From Candidatus Heimdallarchaeota archaeon (GTDB taxonomy: Archaea > Asgardarchaeota > Heimdallarchaeia > Hodarchaeales > Hodarchaeaceae), in the NCBI GenBank assembly GCA_019057635.1, contig DXJL01000172.1:1-32562 (forward strand): a stretch of DNA of 32,562 bases, read 5' to 3'. Below, one piece after another: positions 1 through 7,769 of the stretch (its first letter is position 1; each line of letters starts with the position of its first letter). The translations under genes and the position numbers were made by a program. A model generated the notes under the pieces. The model had not been told where the DNA came from. It made no database searches and was given only the letters and a program-made list of their open reading frames with translations.

Positions 1-352
1 ACCTCGGCGCTCGGGGCCGGGTCTGAAATTTGGTCGGATCGGTTTTCCATGCTTTCAGTCCATTGAAAAAGCTCCGCCAGATTTGTTCTACCTGTCGGAG
101 GACTTGTTGCGGTAAATAGCTATCCGAAATGTCCTTTAATGCTAGATACGCTGGTTCGCGTTTGAGGCGATGATACAAGCTCGTATATTGTATCCATTTC
201 CCCGTCTTAAAGAATTCCTGGCGCACCTCATAGGTGGCGCGATTATACAGATTTTTGGCACAGGTGCACAAATCAGTAAAAATGGGCCGTGGTTTCATCT
301 GCATTCGGATAGCTAACTGGGGGTGAGAGTGTTTCTTGGTACGCATTCCCAT
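1..352 (-). CDS. tnpB: TnpB (IS200/IS605/IS607-type RNA-guided nuclease), N-terminal part, runs off the window start
   Basis: Manual translation, not in the ORF track: M(GM)RTKKHSHPQLAIRMQMKPRPIFTDLCTCAKNLYNRATYEVRQEFFKTGKWIQYTSLYHRLKREPAYLALKDISDSYLPQQVLRQVEQIWRSFFNGLKAWKTDPTKFQTRPRAPR. The LC..AKNLYN, QQVLR....W.SFF and F..RP..P segments are typical of the TnpB N-terminus. Locally higher GC. Confidence 0.85.
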   Translation of the reverse strand, partial: MGMRTKKHSHPQLAIRMQMKPRPIFTDLCTCAKNLYNRATYEVRQEFFKTGKWIQYTSLYHRLKREPAYLALKDISDSYLPQQVLRQVEQIWRSFFNGLKAWKTDPTKFQTRPRAPR

Positions 353-486
353 TCCAAGAAGGTTCCCTCGCTCTTATAAGCTCGAGACAGAGAGAGATCA
401 GTGAAAATAACAAATGTGACGAAAATGAACCTTTTTTCTTCCTGGCCTTCACTCATCAATACCCGTTGTCAGACAAATTTGATCAT
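1..486 (-). mobile_element. Left part of a tnpB-only (IS1341-like) element
   Basis: Only about 130 bp separate the tnpB start from the end motif GTTGTCAGACAAATTTGATCAT (465-486), leaving no room for an upstream tnpA. The host lactate permease frame resumes immediately after it. Confidence 0.7.
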
Positions 487-489
487 GTC

Positions 490-846
490 AAAACTAGTAA
501 TGCTTTAGGTTTAGATCCTATGACGATTGCTACTGCAAATGGTGTAGGAGGGGGATTAGCAAGTGTGATAACTCCTGCTAAAGTTCAAAATGTGGCCGCC
601 ACCATTGATCAAATTGGGATTGAAGGTTAAGTGATCAGAAAGGCGTTCTTCATCGCTCTTATGATGATAATGCTATTATCTGGAGTCACACTTCTTTGGG
701 CGTACTCATTCCCTGTTATTAATTTGATACTGGTTTCAATACTAGTACTTATGTATTTGATTGTACTTACTATCCTATTCAGTTTGGGACGTCACTATAA
801 AGTAAGACATTCTGAAAAAAATACTACGGAATTGACAGACCTGTGA
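490..846 (+). pseudogene. lctP: L-lactate permease (LctP/LldP family) C-terminal fragment, IS-interrupted, with an internal stop
   Basis: The frame from 493 reads TSNALGLDPMTIATANGVGGGLASVITPAKVQNVAATIDQIGIEG*VIRKAFFIAL..., matching the lactate permease C-terminal pattern LGL...IA.AN..GG..G..ISP......A..G..G.EG..R. TAA at 628-630 is probably a former GAA. ORF 631..846 is only the tail. Confidence 0.75.
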
Positions 847-2192
847 CTTTACGTGAAAATCGATTTGTTATTGGAATACTTTTTCCATTCATGTATGAAA
901 TCGGATTGATTGAAGCATACCTTTTCTTCATGGCGAATAGAGTCGAACTATTTCTCTTTCTACCTGCACTATTTCTAATTTTTCCCTCCTATATGTTTTA
1001 CGTTTATAGCCCTTACATTATCCTCAAGGTTACTAAAGCAGCAGAAAAGTATCACAAAGAACTATCTGAGGATCTAGACAAAATATTCTATCTCGATTCT
1101 ATTCATCTTGAAGCGAATATTAAAGAAGACTTAAGGCAAAATATTAGATTAATCCTTCTTCCTGAATTAAAAAATGTGTTTAGACGAGGATACATTGATC
1201 CTTATTTTACCAGAAACGATGCAATACCCAATGAACGATTGTGTTCTTTTCGAGAAACCCTATTCCTCTTTTCAATTTCTTTTGGATTAATAAATATTCT
1301 TAACACTACTACAATAGCTTACCTTCATTACTCTTCTATCGATCTTGATTTTCTTTATATTGATCAAATTATAAATCTCCAAAATGTGTTCTTTTTTGGC
1401 TTATTGTTTCTTTCATTCGTATTTGTATCAGGTTTCTTGTTTCTTCATTCCAGGAGGATTGTCACAAGCTTGATAAATCAGTTATCCTATAATCTGATCG
1501 TTACGGCACATAGTGAAACTTTTAAAGATCAATCCCGCCACATAGAGCTTGAATCTCTCAGAAAATTTCCATTAGAAGACCGTTTAGGACGAAAACTAGC
1601 TGGCAACTGGGATCTTGTTTCCAAATTGTATTTCGAATTTATAGAATCACCGCTAAATGAGGAAATTCGTGAGTTCTCCCAGAGAGAAGTTGCCAAAACA
1701 CTAGTTTTGAAACAGTATTCTCTAATGCTTAGTAAGATGGATCTTTCTCAAGAAAAAAGGAAAGAACTTGAATTACAATTTTATCTTGGTCAGGAAATCA
1801 CCGGTGTAATTGAAGAACTTGTATCAACGGAAGAAGAAACTGAATCTATCAAAATTGATATTTTATATACAAGAAAAAAGCTAGAACACTGGGAAGAAAG
1901 CACCAATGACGAACAAATCTCGACTTTTTTGTTCCTTTGGAGATCAGTAGAATCACTATTCCGGCATGCCCTTTGGAAACGCGATGCTTATCCAAAAGAT
2001 GATCAATCATGGTTATCAATTGTAAATAGCTTATTACGGGAACGACTGCTGACAGTCCAAGAAAATAAATCATTGAAATTTATTCGTCAACACAGGAATG
2101 GATTACTCCATCGATCACAAGATCGCTACACCACGAAAGAAGATGTAGAAATGCTTCTAAAAATACTGGAAAGAGTATTGGATCGCGTGTAG
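843..2192 (+). CDS. Multi-pass membrane protein with a C-terminal HEPN-like domain
   Basis: About four hydrophobic segments in the N-terminal 200 aa. The C-terminus has LWRSVESLFR ... IRQHRNGLLH (R-x4-H) ... TKEDVEMLL, the HEPN/DUF4145-like pattern. Confidence 0.65.
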   Translation: MTLRENRFVIGILFPFMYEIGLIEAYLFFMANRVELFLFLPALFLIFPSYMFYVYSPYIILKVTKAAEKYHKELSEDLDKIFYLDSIHLEANIKEDLRQNIRLILLPELKNVFRRGYIDPYFTRNDAIPNERLCSFRETLFLFSISFGLINILNTTTIAYLHYSSIDLDFLYIDQIINLQNVFFFGLLFLSFVFVSGFLFLHSRRIVTSLINQLSYNLIVTAHSETFKDQSRHIELESLRKFPLEDRLGRKLAGNWDLVSKLYFEFIESPLNEEIREFSQREVAKTLVLKQYSLMLSKMDLSQEKRKELELQFYLGQEITGVIEELVSTEEETESIKIDILYTRKKLEHWEESTNDEQISTFLFLWRSVESLFRHALWKRDAYPKDDQSWLSIVNSLLRERLLTVQENKSLKFIRQHRNGLLHRSQDRYTTKEDVEMLLKILERVLDRV

Positions 2193-2204
2193 GAAGGTGT
2201 TTTA

Positions 2205-3017
2205 TTGTCAAATGAGAATAATAGGCAATCGTGGGATAAATTAAGCGAACATTATCAGTCTAGTACGGGTATTTCACTAGATGACGTTCATTATGCCCCA
2301 TATAGCCCAGGGGAGAAGAAACTTGATGTAATAGGAGATGTGAAAGGTCTAGATGTCATTGAACTAGGTTGTGGGGGAGGTCAAATAGCAATTGTGCTAA
2401 CAAAAATGGGAGCTAAGAATGTTACAGCGCTAGACATCTCAGAACAACAACTAAATCACGCTCGAAAATTAGCTTCTAGAGAAAAAGCAAATATAACCTT
2501 TATTCACGGAGACATGGAGAATCTCTCTTCATTGCAGAACGCTTCCTTTGATCTAGTTGTATCAGTTCACGCAATCAGTTATATTAGTAATATAGAGAAA
2601 GTTTTATCCGAAATAAGTCGTATTCTCCGTTTAAACGGGCGAGTAGTCCTTTGTACAATACACCCCCTCCAGTATGTTCTATGGGAAGCACTAGAGGAAG
2701 ATTCGATTAAAAAAGTACTCTCTTACTTTAGTTCGGAACCAACAACTTGGGATTGGATTGATAATACGAAAACTCCAATTGCTACATTTAGTGATAGAGC
2801 TCATCGTTATGAAGAATTTGTAAATGGACTCACAAATAACGGATTCGTTCTTGAGAGAGTGATTGAACCAAGGGGATATACAATTGAGGAACTGAAGAAG
2901 ATAGGTCTTGAAAAGGTTCCCTATCATAACCATAGAATAGATGAACAATTCACAAGGATAAATCAGATTATTCCTTTTTCAATCATTTATGCTGCGAAAA
3001 AAAATGCAGATGATTAA
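2205..3017 (+). CDS. Class I SAM-dependent methyltransferase
   Basis: Motif I VIELGCGGG, motif II ALDISEQQL, then GDME and SFDLVVS, and EISRILRLNG. Confidence 0.9.
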   Translation: MSNENNRQSWDKLSEHYQSSTGISLDDVHYAPYSPGEKKLDVIGDVKGLDVIELGCGGGQIAIVLTKMGAKNVTALDISEQQLNHARKLASREKANITFIHGDMENLSSLQNASFDLVVSVHAISYISNIEKVLSEISRILRLNGRVVLCTIHPLQYVLWEALEEDSIKKVLSYFSSEPTTWDWIDNTKTPIATFSDRAHRYEEFVNGLTNNGFVLERVIEPRGYTIEELKKIGLEKVPYHNHRIDEQFTRINQIIPFSIIYAAKKNADD

Positions 3018-3038
3018 ATTTGAATCTTTGATCATCCC

Positions 3039-3344
3039 TTGGAAATTTTTAGTTCATTTTGCTGTTTAGTAGGATTTGGTTTCTTTTTTTCCGCATGGAG
3101 ATATGCTCAAAAAATTTCTAAATTACTTGAAGAAACACGCATTGTTAAAAGATGGAGAACTGCAACTATGTTAGTAGGTTTTTTTTCAATAGGTTATCTT
3201 GGAAATATAATTTTAGTATTCTTCGTGGATTTATCAATTCTTCTTATAATTGAAGCACTTGTTTTCCTTGGCGGAGCAATTTTCGTACTCTTGGTATTTA
3301 CTCTTGCATATCAAACTTATGAATTAATTTATACCATTCCCTGA
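3039..3344 (+). CDS. Small 3-TM membrane protein, possibly a stand-alone sensor module
   Basis: Three hydrophobic helices; RWR...FF.IGYL and LVFLGGAIFV motifs. Confidence 0.65.
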   Translation: MEIFSSFCCLVGFGFFFSAWRYAQKISKLLEETRIVKRWRTATMLVGFFSIGYLGNIILVFFVDLSILLIIEALVFLGGAIFVLLVFTLAYQTYELIYTIP

Positions 3345-3370
3345 AGTCCATGGTTCATTCTATTGAAAGG

Positions 3371-4240
3371 CTATTTTAGCCGTTTTCTAAGAAGAATGAT
3401 AACCAGAGTAGAAGTTAAAAAAATCCCAATTCCTCCTACGATAGGGAGAATGATTTGAAGCGGATTAAAACGGTCACTGGGTAAAGAAATATTCCCTACT
3501 ACTCCAGAAATTGTACCCATATATTTATAATATGTTACAGAAGTGAAATCTCCGAAAAATCGAACTGAAAACGTGGAAATTATCACCAAATACGCTTGAA
3601 TTCCCGTACTCGTGAGATAGCATAGTGTTTGGTTTATTCTCATACCAGTGATATATAACCGCAAATTACTCGGAATTGTGGGTTTAATAATTATTGATGT
3701 TTTAAAAGTTTGATCTGTTAAACTATAAGAGACCTTTTCGATTTTCATTCCATCGATGGAATCCTTTGTCGATAAAGAGTCCACAACTTGAATCCATGCC
3801 TGCCAGTCGGTTGAGATGAATGGTTCACCTAATAAATTGTTGAGTGTGAGCTGATACTCATCCTTTCCGAGGGAGGAATTTTCACTGACTTGATATGAAA
3901 TATTGATTTTACTAACGCTGGACATCTCTTCTAATTCAATGATTTTCAAAGTAAAATTCGTGTTTTCAGGAGGAAGAGGATTAAAAACTGGTTGAAGAGT
4001 GAAATTTTCCATAGTTAGAATAGATAAGGCTCTGATATCACTAATGTTGATACCTAGAGGAAAAGAGGATCCTAAAGTAAATTCAGGCCTTTCTGGCTTC
4101 TCAATAACAGTGAATTCTATATTCTCGCCTTCATTAACCCCAAAGGAGTTTGAGAGGGCACGGTTATTTACAAAATGAGCGAAATTTACGAATAAAACTG
4201 ATATGATGAAATAACATATCAAGTGACGGATTCGTACCAA
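3371..4240 (-). CDS. Secreted/surface protein with a C-terminal TM anchor
   Basis: N-terminal signal-like segment, a GVNEGE..EFTV start to the mature domain, and a C-terminal TM followed by RKRLK. Confidence 0.75.
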   Translation of the reverse strand: MVRIRHLICYFIISVLFVNFAHFVNNRALSNSFGVNEGENIEFTVIEKPERPEFTLGSSFPLGINISDIRALSILTMENFTLQPVFNPLPPENTNFTLKIIELEEMSSVSKINISYQVSENSSLGKDEYQLTLNNLLGEPFISTDWQAWIQVVDSLSTKDSIDGMKIEKVSYSLTDQTFKTSIIIKPTIPSNLRLYITGMRINQTLCYLTSTGIQAYLVIISTFSVRFFGDFTSVTYYKYMGTISGVVGNISLPSDRFNPLQIILPIVGGIGIFLTSTLVIILLRKRLK

Positions 4241-4455
4241 AGATTAACACGCCTATTCAAAGAAAATTAATTCTACTGTCTTTAAAAGTCAATAAGATTG
4301 AATGGTATTTGAAATATAATAAATCTAGAGTATAGATGTGTTTAGGTTTTTTAATGTTAAATTTATCGAAATAGTAGAAATCAGGTTATTAGCGTATAGT
4401 AAATTCTCACTTTATTAAGATAGAATGTTTAAGAAGAAAAAAGGAGATTAAAAGG

Positions 4456-4914
4456 ATGTTGAAAGTCGGAGATTCTACCCCTGAATTCACAACAAAATCA
4501 CAAGCAGGAACTAAAATTGATTCTGAAAGTCTGAAAGGTACTAAGTATGTCCTCTATTTTTATCCCAAAGATAATACTCCAGGTTGTACGAAAGAAGCCT
4601 GTTCCTTTAGAGACAATTATCAGATGTTTCTAGATAAAGGAATAGTAGTATACGGAGTATCAGGAGGAAATCCTAAGTCACATCAAAAATTCATAGATAA
4701 GTTTAAACTACCTTTCCCACTGTTGATGGATGAAAAATTAGACCTAGCGAAAAAATTTGGTGCCTTTAAACGAGGAAACAGAGTTGCAAGAATTACTTAT
4801 CTAATCAATGAAGAAGGGCTAATTGAGGGTATTTATGGCGCAGAAGGGCATGATAAAGTTAAATCAGCGGAACATGCAAACCAAATTATTGATTTCTGGA
4901 AACTTGGAATTTGA
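4456..4914 (+). CDS. bcp: Peroxiredoxin, BCP/PrxQ family
   Basis: YFYPKDNTPGCTKEAC motif; GGAG ribosome-binding site upstream. Confidence 0.95.
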   Translation: MLKVGDSTPEFTTKSQAGTKIDSESLKGTKYVLYFYPKDNTPGCTKEACSFRDNYQMFLDKGIVVYGVSGGNPKSHQKFIDKFKLPFPLLMDEKLDLAKKFGAFKRGNRVARITYLINEEGLIEGIYGAEGHDKVKSAEHANQIIDFWKLGI

Positions 4915-4993
4915 AGTTTTTCACAAACTCCATCCAAATTTCATAAATCCCCTTTTTTCTCTGGTGAAAAAAATAAAAAAAAAACAGATTGAA

Positions 4994-5374
4994 TTATTTC
5001 AAGCGATCTGGAATACTTTCCCAAATAGCTGAATTTTGTTTTATCAGAAACTCAATAGCATCTGAAAATGTGTACGCAGATGTATTACTTTCAAGTTTGA
5101 GACGACTTAAGATTTTATGAGCATCTGGTCGTAGTAGAATAGTTTTCGAACTTTTAGTTACTTTCCCTTCTCCTGGGATTTTCATTTCAATCCTATGACG
5201 ACCTTCATCAAACTCCTTAAGTTCCTCTTGAAGAGAATGAACTCTGTTCTGAATTGTGCCATCTAATTTGATGAGTACATCGCTATAAGACTTCTCAGTT
5301 AGTTCAAATTTTGCCCAACGAAGCATCTCCCATGCCTTACTCGAAATCTTGACATTTTGAGCTTCTTTCGACAT
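4994..5374 (-). CDS. Tandem ribbon-helix-helix (archaeal VapB-antitoxin-like) DNA-binding protein
   Basis: Two repeats: NVKISSKAWEMLRWAKFELTEKSYSDVLIKL and KTILLRPDAHKILSRLKLESNTSAYTFSDAIEFL. Both fit the T-I-x-(IV)...L...K....S-F-S-D-V-I pattern. Confidence 0.7.
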   Translation of the reverse strand: MSKEAQNVKISSKAWEMLRWAKFELTEKSYSDVLIKLDGTIQNRVHSLQEELKEFDEGRHRIEMKIPGEGKVTKSSKTILLRPDAHKILSRLKLESNTSAYTFSDAIEFLIKQNSAIWESIPDRLK

Positions 5375-5420
5375 TTAACTTGCCTCTTAAAAGAAATATT
5401 GATTATTCCCATATTTATAC

Positions 5421-5500
5421 ATTTCGGGTGTTACGGGTATTTCGTAAGTTTTATAAATGGGTGGGTTACGTAAGTTACATGAGTTCCATGTATCACAAAT
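5421..5500. promoter_or_regulatory. Divergent promoter region with a TATA-like box and 9-bp-period repeats (candidate operator)
   Basis: ATTTCGGGT GTTACGGGT ATTTCGTAA GTTTTATAA (5421-5456) and GTTACGTAA GTTACATGA GTTCCATGT ATCACAAAT (5465-5500). TTTATAAAT lies at about 5450. Confidence 0.55.
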
Positions 5501-5542
5501 AATTGGAACACAATCAATAAATGAAAAAAAAGTGAATAAAAA

Positions 5543-5896
5543 ATGAGTGACTTTGAAGATATAGATTTTGATCTTGAAGAAACATCGTCTGTAAAGGCAA
5601 AAACTCCTGCACAGTCGAAGACACCCGTAACAGGGACTACCTCTGGACCCAAGAAGAATATTTTCTTTAAATCAACCGTTGGCCCTGAGAGAACAGAGAA
5701 ACTCTCCGTCGGTGAAAAAACACCCGTGAGAGATGTCCGAGATACACTAGCGAATATCTTTGGATTAGATCCAGATGATTTTCACTTATCTCATGCTGGA
5801 CGAACTCTTGATGAAAGCTCTCCAATCGGAGATTATGGTATCGAAAATGGTGATGAAATCCTCTTAATTCCTCATTCAACCGCTGGATGGAATTAA
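5543..5896 (+). CDS. Ubiquitin-like modifier 1 (pro-form, ends STAG-WN)
   Basis: Beta-grasp pattern FHLSHAGRTLDESSPIGDYGIENGDEILLIP, compared with ubiquitin [29 protein letters not shown]. It heads the E1/E2/JAMM cluster. Confidence 0.9.
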   Translation: MSDFEDIDFDLEETSSVKAKTPAQSKTPVTGTTSGPKKNIFFKSTVGPERTEKLSVGEKTPVRDVRDTLANIFGLDPDDFHLSHAGRTLDESSPIGDYGIENGDEILLIPHSTAGWN

Positions 5897-5918
5897 TCAG
5901 GGGATTAATTCACTTTTT
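5890..5918 (+). terminator. Hairpin plus T-tract after Ubl1
   Basis: GAATTAATC-AGGG-GATTAATTC is a perfect 9-bp stem overlapping the stop codon, followed by ACTTTTT. Confidence 0.55.
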
Positions 5919-6145
5919 CCCAATTTTTACAAAAATAAAAGGTTGGAAATAATTAAAACTAGATAGAAACTCTTTAATTCCAATTAACTGGCATTTAGTT
6001 GAAAATTCAGATAGATATTTATGGAATGATTACGATGAAACTGATTGTATTCTCTTTACAAATTTTAAGAGCTGGAACACCTCCGAAAGTTAAGGATAAT
6101 ATCTTTCCAGAATTTAGCACCGAGAATACTAGGGAAGACGTAATT

Positions 6146-6499
6146 ATGTCGGAAAATGAAGAGTTTATTGAATTTGAAGAAGAAGAAGGGGAAGAGGGGC
6201 AAAACGATTCATCGATACAATCTAAAGTTTCGCGTTCCAAAGTCCCAAATGGACAACGAATAACATTATTCTTCCGATCAACAATTGGACGCCATGAAAA
6301 ACAAGAAAAACTAACTGTAGATCCAGAATTATCTGTACGGGAATTAGCCGCAACAGTTGGTGAAATATTTGCACTAGATCCACAAGACTTTCACCTTTCA
6401 ATTAGTGGACGAACATTGGATTCGGATGATGTATTGTCAAATTATGATCTGGAAAATGGACTAGAAGTCCTAATTATCCCTGTAAGTACTGCAGGATAA
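6146..6499 (+). CDS. Ubiquitin-like modifier 2 (mature form, ends STAG)
   Basis: Paralogue of Ubl1 (FFRSTIG, IFALDPQDFHLSISGRTLD, YDLENG, IPVSTAG). The start is re-assigned to ATG 6146 (MSENEEF), which gives 117 aa like Ubl1. Confidence 0.9.
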   Translation: MSENEEFIEFEEEEGEEGQNDSSIQSKVSRSKVPNGQRITLFFRSTIGRHEKQEKLTVDPELSVRELAATVGEIFALDPQDFHLSISGRTLDSDDVLSNYDLENGLEVLIIPVSTAG

Positions 6500-6524
6500 T
6501 CCCACTATCAGAGGAGCAAATGGT

Positions 6525-7763
6525 ATGTCAAATTTCACAAGTAAAACACTAACAAATGAGGAAAAACGACGCTTTGATCGTCAATTTCGTCTTCCTGGAT
6601 GGAACCAAGAAATTCTAAAACAAAGCTCAGTCCTCATTGCGGGAATAGGGGGCTTAGGCGTAGAAATAGCTAAAAACTTGGCTATGGTTGGTGTTGGACA
6701 CTTAATACTTGTGGATCTTGATACAATTGAATATTCAAATTTGAATCGTCAGATATTGTTTATTGGTGCACCAGAGGGTGCCTCAAAAGCAAAGATCGCA
6801 GCGAAAAGACTTCGTGAAATGAATCCATTCATCACCATTGATGCTTATGATTGCCCCTTACAAGATGTACCTCCTCATATTTACAGCAAGGTCGATTTTT
6901 ATATAGCTGGTCTTGACTCTATTGAAGCTAGATCTGAATTAAATCGAAGAGCAGTTCATAACAAGAAATATCTCATTGATGCAGGCACTTCAGTGTACAA
7001 TGGCCATGCATATGTAGTTTCTCCGTTCAATAACGCATGCTTGGAGTGTGATCCATTAACTGAACGTAATCAAGATCAGCTTGGAGCATGTACACTCGTG
7101 GGAAAACCTCGTAGACCAGCTCATTGTATTCTTAAAGGACAGTTACACTTCGAACAAAAACACGGAAAACCAGTTAATATTCTAAAGTCAAATGAAGTTA
7201 AAGATGTAGTCTTATACGCAAATAAACTTCTCAAAGAATATTTTCCCCAAGAAGAGCAATTTTCGATAAACCAGATTATTCAGATAATTGATAATCACGA
7301 ACCGACAGTTATCACAATAAATTGCGTAATGGCATCTCTTCAATCACAAGAGGCTGTCAAAATACTACATCATATTCACACACCAGAGCCAGAGAAGAAA
7401 TTGGGGAATATCCAATTAAACTATTTGATTTATAATGGTTTAACGGGTAAATTTTATGAGATTGAAAAACCACGTAATCCCAAATGCGAAATGTGTGGAC
7501 GGGGAAGAACTTCAATATTTCGTATCAAAGTTAAACGAAACTTTCCTTTAACACGGTTAATAGAGAAATTTTCTCATGATAAAAATTACCCGATTGACCC
7601 TGAATTTCCTCCTATGATATTTAGGATTGATTCTTCGGAAATTGGGGAAATATCTATAGAACAAACAATATCTCAAGCTGAAATAAGGGATTGTGAGACA
7701 GTTCTTGTAACTGGTTTTGACGATGGATCACAAGCATATCTTACACTAAAGTTAGAAGGTTAA
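6525..7763 (+). CDS. Ubiquitin-activating enzyme E1 (Uba2/Uba3-like)
   Basis: RFDRQ, GIGGLG, DTIEYSNLNRQ, GLDSIEAR, Zn ligands CLEC and CEMC, catalytic segment ACTLVGKPRRPAHCI (Cys189), and a C-terminal extension where the E2-binding ubiquitin-fold domain is expected. Confidence 0.93.
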   Translation: MSNFTSKTLTNEEKRRFDRQFRLPGWNQEILKQSSVLIAGIGGLGVEIAKNLAMVGVGHLILVDLDTIEYSNLNRQILFIGAPEGASKAKIAAKRLREMNPFITIDAYDCPLQDVPPHIYSKVDFYIAGLDSIEARSELNRRAVHNKKYLIDAGTSVYNGHAYVVSPFNNACLECDPLTERNQDQLGACTLVGKPRRPAHCILKGQLHFEQKHGKPVNILKSNEVKDVVLYANKLLKEYFPQEEQFSINQIIQIIDNHEPTVITINCVMASLQSQEAVKILHHIHTPEPEKKLGNIQLNYLIYNGLTGKFYEIEKPRNPKCEMCGRGRTSIFRIKVKRNFPLTRLIEKFSHDKNYPIDPEFPPMIFRIDSSEIGEISIEQTISQAEIRDCETVLVTGFDDGSQAYLTLKLEG

Positions 7764-7769
7764 TTTATC

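Noticed and set aside
5421-5500. Repeats as a CRISPR array or replication origin
   Set aside because: 9-bp degenerate tandem units with no spacers; no cas or orc1/cdc6 gene nearby.
5999-6145. 49-aa N-terminal extension of Ubl2 in the ORF track
   Set aside because: ATG 6146 gives the same length and acidic N-terminus as Ubl1; the extension has no counterpart.
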